Below, in pieces: positions 11,865-21,333 of a stretch of DNA of 64,000 nt (position 1 is its first letter; each line of letters begins with the position of its first letter). Both the position numbers and the translations under genes were made by a program. The stretch comes from an uncultured Porphyromonadaceae bacterium (GTDB taxonomy: Bacteria; Bacteroidota; Bacteroidia; Bacteroidales; Muribaculaceae): positions 4,612-68,611 of the forward strand of contig UQUV01000009.1 in assembly GCA_900544305.1 (NCBI GenBank), in the 5' to 3' direction. The notes beneath the pieces were generated by a model. That model made no database searches. It was not told the DNA's origin and worked only from the letters and a program-made list of their open reading frames with translations.

Positions 11865-12055
11865 AAAAACATTTATTTATACTGACGGCTACTCTGTTTT
11901 TCAACATTTCATCGTCGCTATCATCCTATTTCATAAAACTCATAACAATGAAAGAGTCCGATTACAATCGCAAAAATACAGATTAGTTTGTAACAACAAA
12001 ATAACATTTCAAAAAATTGGTCTCTATTTTTTGACGTTTTGTCGTTATATAGAAA

Positions 12056-12300
12056 TAAGAGGTTCGGGATAGTCAAATTTGAAACCTCCGTTTTCGTTTG
12101 TCCTTGCCCTCGACTTTCGCTATCTTTTGATAAGATAAGACACGGTTCGGGATAAAAAATAACTGAAACAAGTTTCATTATTTTATTCTCCTCTCACCTT
12201 TCACTATCTTTGCATAAGATAGGATGCGTCTCAGCATAAAACTCAAACAAGTTTGGTTTTCTGCCTTCGACTTTCACTATATTTGTTGTAATCAGGTAGG
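12056..12300 (+). repeat. Three tandem ~83-bp direct repeats containing Bacteroides -7-like promoter motifs
   Basis: Units start at about 12056, 12141 and 12223. Each carries GGTTCGGGATA / (A)AC(T/A)AAACAAGTTT / CGACTTTC(G/A)CTAT(C/A)TTTG followed by ATAAGATA(A/G)G. TATCTTTG (12205-12212) and TATATTTG (12277-12284) fit TAnnTTTG. A TTTG at 12251-12254 lies about 22 nt upstream of the latter. Confidence 0.6.
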
Positions 12301-12512
12301 TTTTATTTGACTATCAACAGATTGGATAAAACTCGCACGAGAACGGGCAATGGATAAGAAAAAGCCGGACTGTTCCGAACCGCCATATTTCTCATGCTTT
12401 CAAATAACTCTTTATCTCACTTGCAAAGATAACATTTCTTTCTGAAAAGGCCATATAAACGGCTGCAATCTTACGGAATAAAAACATATCGGGAAAAACA
12501 AGCATACCGTAG

Positions 12513-12689
12513 CCGAGTCCCCATAACCACAGGCAAAGGTAATTCGTGTTCTTCCCGTACAAGCAAGGCCAAGCCCTTCGGGTTCGTGGAAAAAATCATC
12601 CTCGCCCCGGAGGGCTTGCGGTATTTTTTCCCGAAGCCTTGCATGTACGGAACACGACCTTTTTAAGCCTGTAGTTATGGGAACTCCGG
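12513..12689 (+). repeat. Long imperfect-palindrome element, copy 1 (core GGAAAAAATCATCCTCGC...GCGGTATTTTTTCCCGAAGCCTTGC)
   Basis: Outer arms CCGAGTCCCCATAACCACAGGCAAAGGT / ACCTTTTTAAGCCTGTAGTTATGGGAACTCCGG. Inner arms CCCGTACAAGCAAGG / CCTTGCATGTACGG. Small hairpins GCCCTTCGGGT and GCCCCGGAGGGC. Ends about 35 nt upstream of the ATG at 12724. Confidence 0.7.
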
Positions 12690-12723
12690 CCCCAGAAGCC
12701 GGACTAACAAAAAATCAAATGTT

Positions 12724-13554
12724 ATGTTACAGGCAACAAAGAACAAGTACACGGTGGAAACACTCAAACCACTGAACATTCTGTACGATCATGAACACTG
12801 GCTGACACAGCAGGACGTGGATATGGCCAACGGCTATGTGGAACTGATAGAAAGGACACGCTCGGAAAAGACTCCACAGATAGGTGACAGACTCATCTAT
12901 GTGGACAGATACGGGAAATATTACGGCAATGCCCTTATTGAAAACAATGATGAAGAGAGCGGTCGGATTTCCATCTGTGAAGAACCTTATATTCCCTTTG
13001 TATGGGAGCAGGACGCCAATATCCGGCTGAGCGTCAGCGGAGGGGCCTTCCACCATATTGACCCCAAGCAATTGAAATTCGTCAGATGGACGGAAGGTGC
13101 ATTCAAGGACTGGGGAAACTGCGGAGCGTGTGCCAACGGTGCCGTCACATTCACGGCAAGAGTGCCGTTATGGTCCTATTCCGAACCTGACCCTCTCTAC
13201 GGCGATTTCACCACGGAAACATGGAGACAGTATTATCTGACAAAGGACACGGGTCCGGACGCACGCAACCTGTACCAGGGCTTCGAAAAGGCTTTCAGGA
13301 CCGAAGATGACTTCCAGCAGTTCCTGAAGGACTATGAAGGGACCATGTTCAAGGGCAACAGGGAAAACCAGATCGTACTCTGGTGTTTCCGACATGAAAA
13401 CCGGTTCCTGCCGCAGCACGAATGGGACAAGATAGATGCCCCGGCCATGGAACGGCGTCTCAACTTCCATCCCGAACAGGTCAAGCTGGTCAAGGACATG
13501 GACAGCCACATTACCTACTGTTACCGTATCAAACCCGAAATTGACAATCTCTAA
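12724..13554 (+). CDS. Hypothetical protein (ICE cargo)
   Basis: 276-aa ORF, first gene after repeat copy 1. No recognisable catalytic motif. Confidence 0.55.
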   Translation: MLQATKNKYTVETLKPLNILYDHEHWLTQQDVDMANGYVELIERTRSEKTPQIGDRLIYVDRYGKYYGNALIENNDEESGRISICEEPYIPFVWEQDANIRLSVSGGAFHHIDPKQLKFVRWTEGAFKDWGNCGACANGAVTFTARVPLWSYSEPDPLYGDFTTETWRQYYLTKDTGPDARNLYQGFEKAFRTEDDFQQFLKDYEGTMFKGNRENQIVLWCFRHENRFLPQHEWDKIDAPAMERRLNFHPEQVKLVKDMDSHITYCYRIKPEIDNL

Positions 13555-13566
13555 AACAATACAGTT

Positions 13567-14508
13567 ATGCAGACAACAGCAACAAGAACAGCAGGCAGCC
13601 ACACTGACCTGCTCACAGGAATCCTGAACGTACAAGTGAGAAACGAGGACAAGATTACAGAACAGGACAGGCAGTATTGCCAGCTACAGCAGGACCAGCT
13701 CTACAAAACGCTTGACCGTATCGACCGATGGTATGACATCTTCAAGGAAGAAGCGGAACGGTATCGGGAAATCAAGAGCTTCAAGTATGAGGATAACGGT
13801 AAGGTCTCCATACGGAATTTCTATTTCAACAACAGCGGGGAGGATGACTATACCCACAACGAATTCAAACCGTTTGACCTCATCAACGAGCTTGCGGACA
13901 ACAACTGCAATGCCAACGCGAATTTCGCGAGTCGCATCATTTCCTATTTCAACAGGACCTACAATGTAGATGTACCCATTCCTGTAATCGACGAGAAGGC
14001 CATGCGCATGGGATTCCGTCCGGTCTACCAGACTTACGTGGACATGGTCATTGAACACCTCGGCGGAAAAAGTTTCCGTGAGACCGCAGAGGAAGAACTG
14101 CTGGTCCGTTTCCTGAAAACGGTACAGCCTTCCCGCTGGAGCAAGGTGAAGCCCGAACTGAAAAAGGACAAGATAACTTTCCCTGACATCGTATCCTGGG
14201 ACAGCATCCATCTGGAATACCACCGGGAATATGAGTTCTCGTATGACTGCGGAAGGAAAGTGGACATTTTCTGCGAAGGTATCGCATACGGAGCAGATGA
14301 CGTGATAAACGGTTCAAGCGGTATGGTCATCGGCCTTGACAGACGCGATGTGGATATAACCGAATGGTACAACCTCACCCTGAGCAACGCAGAACAGATC
14401 AAGTTCTACAAGAACGGACGCATCGACGTACGCTTCAAGGACAGCCAGGCCGCAGAGAACTGCTACAGAAGGCTGCGGCTGGATGAAATCACACTCAGGG
14501 AAGAGTGA
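13567..14508 (+). CDS. Hypothetical protein (ICE cargo)
   Basis: 313-aa ORF, 12 nt after the previous gene. Followed by a terminator hairpin. Confidence 0.55.
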   Translation: MQTTATRTAGSHTDLLTGILNVQVRNEDKITEQDRQYCQLQQDQLYKTLDRIDRWYDIFKEEAERYREIKSFKYEDNGKVSIRNFYFNNSGEDDYTHNEFKPFDLINELADNNCNANANFASRIISYFNRTYNVDVPIPVIDEKAMRMGFRPVYQTYVDMVIEHLGGKSFRETAEEELLVRFLKTVQPSRWSKVKPELKKDKITFPDIVSWDSIHLEYHREYEFSYDCGRKVDIFCEGIAYGADDVINGSSGMVIGLDRRDVDITEWYNLTLSNAEQIKFYKNGRIDVRFKDSQAAENCYRRLRLDEITLREE

Positions 14509-14527
14509 TTCATGAAATACTTATTCA

Positions 14528-14566
14528 GACACCCCGTAAGACATCCTTGCGGGGTGTCTTCGTTTC
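14528..14566 (+). terminator. Rho-independent terminator
   Basis: GACACCCCG (14528-14536) ... CGGGGTGTC (14550-14558) followed by TTCGTTTCC. Confidence 0.6.
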
Positions 14567-14588
14567 CAACCATTAAAAAAGAAAAGAC

Positions 14589-16313
14589 ATGTATGCCATC
14601 ATACCCCAACAGATTCCTCAGGACAGGCGTGCCGAGATCAACGAGAAAATCCTTTTCGCCATAGACTCCGGCAAGGACCTCGTTCCGAAGGAAAGCATCT
14701 ACAACTGCTACACGGGAATCGGAGGACTGCACAACCTCAGGCAGGCGGATTTCACCAGCTACCATGAATACGCCGAGGCCAAGAAGGAATTCGAGATGGG
14801 ACAGTTCTTCACCCCGCACGACATATGCCGGAACATGATGGAAGCCCTCTCCCCGACATCCACGGAAATGGTTCTTGACATGTGCTGCGGCATGGGCAAC
14901 TTCTTCAACCATCTGCCCAACCTGCACAACGCATACGGCTTCGACATCGACGGCAAGGCGGTGGCCGTTGCCAGATACCTCTACCCGGAAGCTCATATCG
15001 AGAAATGCGACATACAGCTGTACAATCCCGAACAGCGTTTCGACATCATTGTCGGAAATCCGCCCTTCAACCTGAAATTTGATTACAGGCTGTCGCAGGA
15101 ATTCTACATGGACAAGGCCTATGACGTGCTCAACCCTGCCGGAATCCTGATGGTCATCGTCCCTCTCTCCTTCATGCAGAACGAGTTCTGGGAAAAGACA
15201 CGCGTGGCGAAAATCAACTCGAATTTCTCCTTTATCGGCCAGACCAGGCTGGAACATTCAGCCTTCTCTACGGTGGGCGTGCAGAATTTCGCAACAAAAA
15301 TCATGGTATTCCTCCGCCGTTCCCTCCATATTGAAATGCAGCTCTACAACGCGGAAGAGTTTGTCAGCATGGATGAGCTGAAGAAACGCATAGCCGAAGT
15401 GCGGAAAATGAAACACCGGCTGCGCCTCCAGCTGATGCGGGAGTGCAACCATATAGACAAAGAAGAGCTGGAACAGTTCGAGTACAGGCTCGCCAAATAC
15501 ATGTACGAGCTGAAAGCCCATGCCGTGCTGAACAGGCATGTCGAAAAGGCGGAGGCGCTGGTGTCCAAATTCCGCAACCAGAAACCGCCGGAAAATGCCA
15601 CCCGGGAACAGATAAAGGAATGGGAACGCAAGAAGCTGACCACCGGCAAGGTTCTCGGCATCATCCGCAGGTACATCACCTCGCAGAACGTGGTGCAGCG
15701 CAAGGAAGTGGCATTGGTGAAGACATCCTACGGCTTCAAGCTGAAGCAATATGCCCCGCGTCTGCTTGACAAGGTCACGCACAAGGCCGCAGGCATCAAT
15801 GACCTCATACTCGGAAGGGCCGAACTCCCGATGCCGGAAAACGTCACGGAAAAGAACATGCGGCAGATCCGTGCCGCCAGTAAACTGATACGGCGCAAAC
15901 AGAGGCAATACGAGACCCAGAATCTCCAGTTTGCGGAAATGCGGGAAGATGCCGGCCTGAAGGAATACCTGGACCGCACCACATTCATCAACAAGGACGG
16001 TGAAGTCTGCGAATTCACGGACTTGCAGAAACACGACCTGAACCTCGTGTTGCAGAAACGCTACGCCCTGCTGAACTGGCAGCAGGGTTCAGGCAAGACC
16101 GCCGCCGTCTATCACAGGGCGAAATACCTGCTCAAGTTCAGAAAGGCAAAGAACGTCATCATACTTGCCCCGGCCATCGCCACCAACATGACCTGGATAC
16201 CGTTCCTTACCATAAACAAGGAACGCTTCCGTACAATACAGACCGCCGGCGACTCAACAACATACCGGAAGGGACATTCCTTGTCGTCTCCACCTCCATG
16301 CTCCGGAAACTGA
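14589..16313 (+). CDS. N6-adenine DNA methyltransferase domain fused to the SNF2-family helicase N-lobe (upstream part of a frameshifted methylase-helicase gene)
   Basis: Motif I VLDMCCGMGNFF and motif IV IIVGNPPFN (amino-MTase). C-terminal NWQQGSGKT (helicase motif I) and VIILAPAIATNM (Ia). The ORF ends in a short out-of-frame tail. Confidence 0.75.
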   Translation: MYAIIPQQIPQDRRAEINEKILFAIDSGKDLVPKESIYNCYTGIGGLHNLRQADFTSYHEYAEAKKEFEMGQFFTPHDICRNMMEALSPTSTEMVLDMCCGMGNFFNHLPNLHNAYGFDIDGKAVAVARYLYPEAHIEKCDIQLYNPEQRFDIIVGNPPFNLKFDYRLSQEFYMDKAYDVLNPAGILMVIVPLSFMQNEFWEKTRVAKINSNFSFIGQTRLEHSAFSTVGVQNFATKIMVFLRRSLHIEMQLYNAEEFVSMDELKKRIAEVRKMKHRLRLQLMRECNHIDKEELEQFEYRLAKYMYELKAHAVLNRHVEKAEALVSKFRNQKPPENATREQIKEWERKKLTTGKVLGIIRRYITSQNVVQRKEVALVKTSYGFKLKQYAPRLLDKVTHKAAGINDLILGRAELPMPENVTEKNMRQIRAASKLIRRKQRQYETQNLQFAEMREDAGLKEYLDRTTFINKDGEVCEFTDLQKHDLNLVLQKRYALLNWQQGSGKTAAVYHRAKYLLKFRKAKNVIILAPAIATNMTWIPFLTINKERFRTIQTAGDSTTYRKGHSLSSPPPCSGN

Positions 16314-17590
16314 AAAGAGGACTGATGCGTTTCGTGAAACGCACTTCCGGCAAGCTGTGCCTTGTCTTCGACGAGTCGGACGAAATCACCAATCCCACAT
16401 CGCAGCGTACAAGAAACATCCTGTGCATATTCAGGAGGCTCAGGTACAAGATCCTCGACACGGGAACAACCACCCGCAACAACATCGCGGAACTGTACAG
16501 CCAGTTCGAACTACTCTACAACAACTCCGTAAACATGATATGCTGGAGCCCGCAGGTCTACCACGAAAACAGGGACCACGAGATAGAGGAAGAGAACAAC
16601 CCGGATTACGGGACACCGTTCCCCGCCTTCAGGGGGCATGTCCTTTTCCGTGCCTGCCACTGTCCGGGGAAAGCCACCGTATTCGGCATCGAGAAACAGA
16701 ACCAGGACGTGTACAACAAGGATGAACTCTCCGAACTTATCGGCAAGACGGTCATCACCCGTAAATTCAGGGACTTCGCGGGAGAGAAATACCGGATACG
16801 GACACATACCGTCCGTCCCTCGGAAGGAGAACACGAGGTGTACCGTGTCATCATCGAGGAATTCTGCCGCATCTGTGAGCTGTACTACAACAGCACGGGA
16901 GACACGAAAAAGGATGCAGGACTGAGACTCATGAGGCAGATCAAGCTGCTTATCAAAGCCTGTTCGGTACCTCACCTGATAGAGGGATACTACGGTGACA
17001 GTTATCCTTCCAAGACCCGCTATATTGAAAGGCTCATAAGGACAATACTGGGTAAGGTTGCCATCGGATGTACCACATTGGCGGCCTTCGACCTCTACGA
17101 GAGCTATATCCGGGAACATTTTCCCGACAGACCTGTATTTGTGGTCAAGGGAGATGTAGCCTTCAAGAAACGGCAGAGCATCGTGACCGAATTCGACTCC
17201 ACCATCAACGGCATCCTGATATGCACACAGCAGAGCCTGAGCAGCTCCGTGAACATACCTACCTGCAACGACGTGATACTGGAATCCCTGCAGTGGAACA
17301 TCCCCCGTATGGAACAGTTCTACTTCCGTTTCATCCGTCTCGATTCCAAAGAAATGAAGGATGTCCACTACGTCACCTACGAAGATTCGGTCGAACAGAA
17401 CCTGATGGCACTGGTACTGACCAAGGAGCGTCTGAACGAATTCATCAAGACCGGTGAGGTCAAGGAACAGTCAGAAATCTTCGAGGAGTTCGACATCACA
17501 ATGTCTGTCATCGACAGCCTGCTCATCCGCACGCAGGACAGTGAAGGCAAAATACACATCAGCTGGGGAAGCCAGCGCATAACAGAATAA
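16298..17590 (+). CDS. SNF2-family helicase motifs II-VI (downstream part of the frameshifted methylase-helicase gene; its frame is open upstream to about 16200)
   Basis: LVFDESDEI (DExx box), ILDTGTTTRNNIAELYSQFELL (motif III), ICTQQSLSSSVNIP (V), QFYFRFIRLDS (VI). Upstream in the same frame reads ...NIPEGTFLVVSTSMLRKL, which continues the helicase. Confidence 0.7.
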   Translation: MLRKLKRGLMRFVKRTSGKLCLVFDESDEITNPTSQRTRNILCIFRRLRYKILDTGTTTRNNIAELYSQFELLYNNSVNMICWSPQVYHENRDHEIEEENNPDYGTPFPAFRGHVLFRACHCPGKATVFGIEKQNQDVYNKDELSELIGKTVITRKFRDFAGEKYRIRTHTVRPSEGEHEVYRVIIEEFCRICELYYNSTGDTKKDAGLRLMRQIKLLIKACSVPHLIEGYYGDSYPSKTRYIERLIRTILGKVAIGCTTLAAFDLYESYIREHFPDRPVFVVKGDVAFKKRQSIVTEFDSTINGILICTQQSLSSSVNIPTCNDVILESLQWNIPRMEQFYFRFIRLDSKEMKDVHYVTYEDSVEQNLMALVLTKERLNEFIKTGEVKEQSEIFEEFDITMSVIDSLLIRTQDSEGKIHISWGSQRITE

Positions 17591-17613
17591 ATATGAACCG
17601 TATGAAGAAGACC

Positions 17614-17784
17614 GGGAGTTCCATTCCCACCGACAAAGGTAAGCCGCGTCCCCATCGGCTGAGCAAGGTCAGGCCGCAGGCGGTTTTCAGGAAAATCATC
17701 CTCGCGGAGCTGCGGTATTTTCCCGAAAAACCCTGCACAGCCGGGACACGGCACCTTGTCGAGGTCGGTGGAATGGAATCCCCG
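17614..17784 (+). repeat. Long imperfect-palindrome element, copy 2
   Basis: Outer arms GGGAGTTCCATTCCCACCGACAAAGGT / ACCTTGTCGAGGTCGGTGGAATGGAATCCCC. Core GGAAAATCATCCTCGC...GCGGTATTTTCCCGAAAAACCCTGC. Ends 28 nt upstream of the ATG at 17813. Confidence 0.7.
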
Positions 17785-17812
17785 ACATCCACATACATAA
17801 AAGACAAGTAAT

Positions 17813-18304
17813 ATGGATCTGAACAATGCAGAGATTGCCGTGACCACACAGCATCTCATTGACATAAAGGATTACAGGGACTACTGGCTGCACCTGTCCG
17901 ACTACAGCGACATGGGTGAGTTCCTGTGCGCCTGTTCCGACCTGTTTCCCGGGGAAAAGGAACCGGAATACCGGTATCCGAAATGGGAAAACATTCCGGA
18001 CACACTGGTCAGCCGTGAATGGCTCTGTCCCAACTTCTTCGAGATCAGGGATGCCCTTGAAAGGCTCGAAGAGGAAGAAACGGAGTTTTTCATAAGCTGG
18101 AGCAGAAGTTACGGATATGACATCACCACGGATGACCCGCACATGATGGTATCACACTACCATGACCTGTACGGGGATACCGTCACGGAAACGGAAGAAG
18201 ACGCGGACACGGGAGAAGATGCCCTGATATACACGGGCGTATCAAGCTACTACTGCGACATGCTTCCATTCCGTTACGAAATATTTGATGACAATTATGA
18301 CTAA
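17813..18304 (+). CDS. Highly acidic small protein, possibly ArdA-like antirestriction (DNA mimic)
   Basis: 163 aa with D/E-rich runs (EEEETEFF, TETEEDADTGED). Size and composition resemble ArdA. The family assignment was not verified. Confidence 0.4.
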   Translation: MDLNNAEIAVTTQHLIDIKDYRDYWLHLSDYSDMGEFLCACSDLFPGEKEPEYRYPKWENIPDTLVSREWLCPNFFEIRDALERLEEEETEFFISWSRSYGYDITTDDPHMMVSHYHDLYGDTVTETEEDADTGEDALIYTGVSSYYCDMLPFRYEIFDDNYD

Positions 18305-18316
18305 AAGACAAAAGAT

Positions 18317-18631
18317 ATGGAAATCAACTTCAAAGGACCTGTAATGCCTATCGACCCATACTCGCAGCTGGCATTCGTGGAAATACTGAACATACTACTG
18401 ACGGCGGGACACATCGTGGACGTGAACCGCTTCCTCATAAGCAGGAATGTCAATCCGCAGTTCGGCTCACTGTCAGGCTATTTCAGATGGTCGTTCGCCG
18501 GAGACCATTTTACCCTCTGGCAACGCACGGACTACAATTCAACGCTATGTTTTAACCACAGGATACTCGATCTGCCTTTCGGTGTCCTGGCAGCAAAAGA
18601 CAGCGGGAAAGACAAGGAAACGGCAAACTGA
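18317..18631 (+). CDS. Hypothetical small protein
   Basis: 104-aa ORF, 12 nt after the previous gene, same operon. Confidence 0.4.
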   Translation: MEINFKGPVMPIDPYSQLAFVEILNILLTAGHIVDVNRFLISRNVNPQFGSLSGYFRWSFAGDHFTLWQRTDYNSTLCFNHRILDLPFGVLAAKDSGKDKETAN

Positions 18632-18643
18632 AAATGAAACGAT

Positions 18644-18931
18644 ATGGAAACTACGATAAAAATACCCAACCGGGAAATCGCGCTCGCGGCATTTGACAGG
18701 CTCCGCCGGGAAAAAAGGAAGGATGCCGCACTGAGGCTGGCCGGGTGTATGCTCAGAGGGACATACATATCCCTCGGCATCGGTGATACCGACTGGGAAA
18801 TAGACACCGCACTGCACAAATGCGGCGGTGAGCCTAAAACCGGATACGGTCATATGGCACATTTCCACTTCGACGGCGAGACGGAAATGGAAACAGAGAA
18901 ATATGAAAGGCTCAAGGAAGAGAACAAATGA
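18644..18931 (+). CDS. Hypothetical small protein
   Basis: 95-aa ORF, tightly packed in the operon. Confidence 0.4.
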   Translation: METTIKIPNREIALAAFDRLRREKRKDAALRLAGCMLRGTYISLGIGDTDWEIDTALHKCGGEPKTGYGHMAHFHFDGETEMETEKYERLKEENK

Positions 18932-19015
18932 CAAGGGAGCGGCCGAAAGGTCGCTCTTCTCATTTATAAACGACATGTACGGGAAACAGAATCCTGCCGT
19001 ACACAGGTAACAGAA

Positions 19016-19948
19016 ATGGAAGAACAGGAAAGACTGACAATGGAATTCGTGAAATCGCTCATGGACAAGTCCTACACGCTGGTATGGGTGGACTACAACG
19101 ACAATCTCGACAACTGCCGTGACACCATCCAGAAGTGTCTGGAAGAAAAGAGCTGTGAAAGTCTGTGGGAGAAAGTGGACGAATGGTACGGTGACGCCGA
19201 ATGGGAAGCTGTCCGTGAAATCGTCTCAAAGCTGAAGGATGAATGTATCCGTTTCCATGATTTCGGGGAAGAGGAAGTGGACAAGTTCTTTCAAGAACAC
19301 GAAGACGAAATCAGGGAAGAAATCTATGACAGAAACGACTCTGACACGCTGAGAGAACTTCTCAAAAACACGGATGACATCCCCGTGCGTGTCGAGATGC
19401 TGTCAAACTACGACTGCATCAATTCCAACTGGCTGGAATCGCAGGAAGGATACCGGTACAAGGAATCCTATTTCGGGGATATGATAGACGCGCTGAACCT
19501 CAATCCAGCCAAAGTGAAGAAAATGCTGGTGGAGAAAGGCTACACGGTATATGGCCGGTTCCCCGACAAAAAATACAGGGACGGCAAGGAACAGGTATCC
19601 TATGAACAGTTCTATCAGGAACTCATCAACTCCTGCTGCGGTGCCAACCTGCTGACCTATATCGGCAAGGTAAGCCTGCAGGAACTTTATGATGCCGGAT
19701 TCTCGCTTGGGGAAGTCATTATTCCCAAAGGCAACTGCTGCGGCATCTTCAGCTCCATGTACGGCGGTGGAAGTCTCCTGGAAATGGAACTCCTGAAAGA
19801 TGTCAGACTGAAACTGGAAGTCAGGGACTATCACGGATTCCGCTTCCGTCTTGACAGCGAGAACTCAAAATATGAATGCTCCATCAAGCATGTGTACGGG
19901 GTATGCGATTCCTTCTTCGGAGAAAAGATAGGTCTTGTCGCTTCATAA
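19016..19948 (+). CDS. Hypothetical acidic protein
   Basis: 310-aa ORF in the co-directional operon. Confidence 0.5.
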   Translation: MEEQERLTMEFVKSLMDKSYTLVWVDYNDNLDNCRDTIQKCLEEKSCESLWEKVDEWYGDAEWEAVREIVSKLKDECIRFHDFGEEEVDKFFQEHEDEIREEIYDRNDSDTLRELLKNTDDIPVRVEMLSNYDCINSNWLESQEGYRYKESYFGDMIDALNLNPAKVKKMLVEKGYTVYGRFPDKKYRDGKEQVSYEQFYQELINSCCGANLLTYIGKVSLQELYDAGFSLGEVIIPKGNCCGIFSSMYGGGSLLEMELLKDVRLKLEVRDYHGFRFRLDSENSKYECSIKHVYGVCDSFFGEKIGLVAS

Positions 19949-19979
19949 ATCAAGAATGGTCACTTAAAGATATCAAATC

Positions 19980-20468
19980 ATGGAAAAGAAATATGCAATC
20001 ATCCTATTCAAGGGAAAAGAATACCTGTGCGGACACGAAGACGGCTGCCATTACGATGTGTCCTGCCCGGTGAGGACATTCACTGAAGGAGAAGACGACT
20101 TCAAAATTCAGGAATCCGGGAAAAACCGGTCTGAAAGGACATTCCGGTACCATGAAAAGGAATTCAGACTTGTCACCGGCTTCTACCCGAACGGATGGCC
20201 GGTTCTGAGTCTGGAATCACCGGACAACGGGGAACTATACACGGTACTTACCGTCAATCTGGAAGACTCCCCGGCATTCGGGATTCCCGACCAGGCATTC
20301 ATTGACATAAACAACAATCCGGAAGCGATGGAATTCCTCATAAGGAACAGCCTTGCCGAAGATACGGGATACAGACGCAAAAGCGGATGGGTGGAATACC
20401 CGATGGCCAAACTGAACCTGGCTGAACTGTACCGGTTGTCACCGGAATCGTTCGAGAACCAAGAATAA
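19980..20468 (+). CDS. Hypothetical protein
   Basis: 162-aa ORF. Confidence 0.5.
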   Translation: MEKKYAIILFKGKEYLCGHEDGCHYDVSCPVRTFTEGEDDFKIQESGKNRSERTFRYHEKEFRLVTGFYPNGWPVLSLESPDNGELYTVLTVNLEDSPAFGIPDQAFIDINNNPEAMEFLIRNSLAEDTGYRRKSGWVEYPMAKLNLAELYRLSPESFENQE

Positions 20469-20507
20469 GAATCAACAATAGAAATCATTAACCAAATCAT
20501 AGGAATT

Positions 20508-21089
20508 ATGGCAAAGTACGATGTAAGAGTAAGGTACACTTTCGAGGGTACCTACAAGGTCGTGGCGGAAGACCGCGACGAGGCGGAAAGAATTGTAACG
20601 GAAGACTGCGGTCTGGTATTGGGCGGAAACATCCACACTACCTGCGATGATGACGAGGTGACAGACTGGAGATTCGGCAGTCACCCTGACATGCAGATCC
20701 TTTCTTTCAGGGAACGGGTTGGCAAAGGCAAGGTCAGATACACGTCCATGTATTTCAGCGACAGGATTGAAGAACTGAGAAAGGACATAATCGAAGCCAT
20801 CAGGCAACTGCTCGATGCGCACGGCCTGAAAAAAATCACGTTTACCGACAACGAAGAAGACCCTGTATGGATCATCTGGTTTGACGATAATGCAGAACCA
20901 TACGAGTGTTATGTTACAGGAATTGAGGTTACTGACAAGCACATTACCGTGTTGGCAACAATAAAGGACAGTATGGAAGAGGTTTTCTGTCAGAGTCCTT
21001 TCGAACTCGGAGCCAGCAACATTGATTGGCTTAATCAAATGTACGAAGCAGTAAGGCTTCAACTTGAAAATACAAAAGGAAACTCTTGA
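20508..21089 (+). CDS. Hypothetical protein
   Basis: 193-aa ORF. Confidence 0.5.
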   Translation: MAKYDVRVRYTFEGTYKVVAEDRDEAERIVTEDCGLVLGGNIHTTCDDDEVTDWRFGSHPDMQILSFRERVGKGKVRYTSMYFSDRIEELRKDIIEAIRQLLDAHGLKKITFTDNEEDPVWIIWFDDNAEPYECYVTGIEVTDKHITVLATIKDSMEEVFCQSPFELGASNIDWLNQMYEAVRLQLENTKGNS

Positions 21090-21333
21090 AACGAAAGACA
21101 ATATGGCAACAAAAATCAATATGGACAGATACGTCTGGGAAGGATGGACTGTCGGAGCGTTCATCAGGGAACTGGCCCCGCAGGTGGAAATGATCATGAG
21201 CGGGCAAAGCTGGAGGGAACCTTTCAGGAACAAACAGGAACTGGCGGACTGGTGCAGGGACAACCAGCCCTATTACAAGAAAAGGATCCCTGAAGTGAAC
21301 AGCTATTTTGCAAGGATGTATAACCTTAAATAA
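21064..21333 (+). CDS. Hypothetical small protein (the true start may be the MATKINMD Met at about 21103)
   Basis: 89-aa ORF with short overlaps on both neighbours. Confidence 0.4.
   Translation: MKIQKETLETKDNMATKINMDRYVWEGWTVGAFIRELAPQVEMIMSGQSWREPFRNKQELADWCRDNQPYYKKRIPEVNSYFARMYNLK

Noticed and set aside
13168-16034. Long minus-strand ORFs antisense to 12724-16313 (13168-13635, 13684-14223, 14463-15257, 15258-16034)
   Set aside because: They overlap motif-bearing plus-strand genes completely. High-GC antisense frames with biased His/Val/Leu content. No start context.
17593-17811. 72-aa ORF MNRMKKTGSS...
   Set aside because: Lies entirely within repeat copy 2 (a palindromic element). The translation is low-complexity. 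Every other copy of the element is non-coding.
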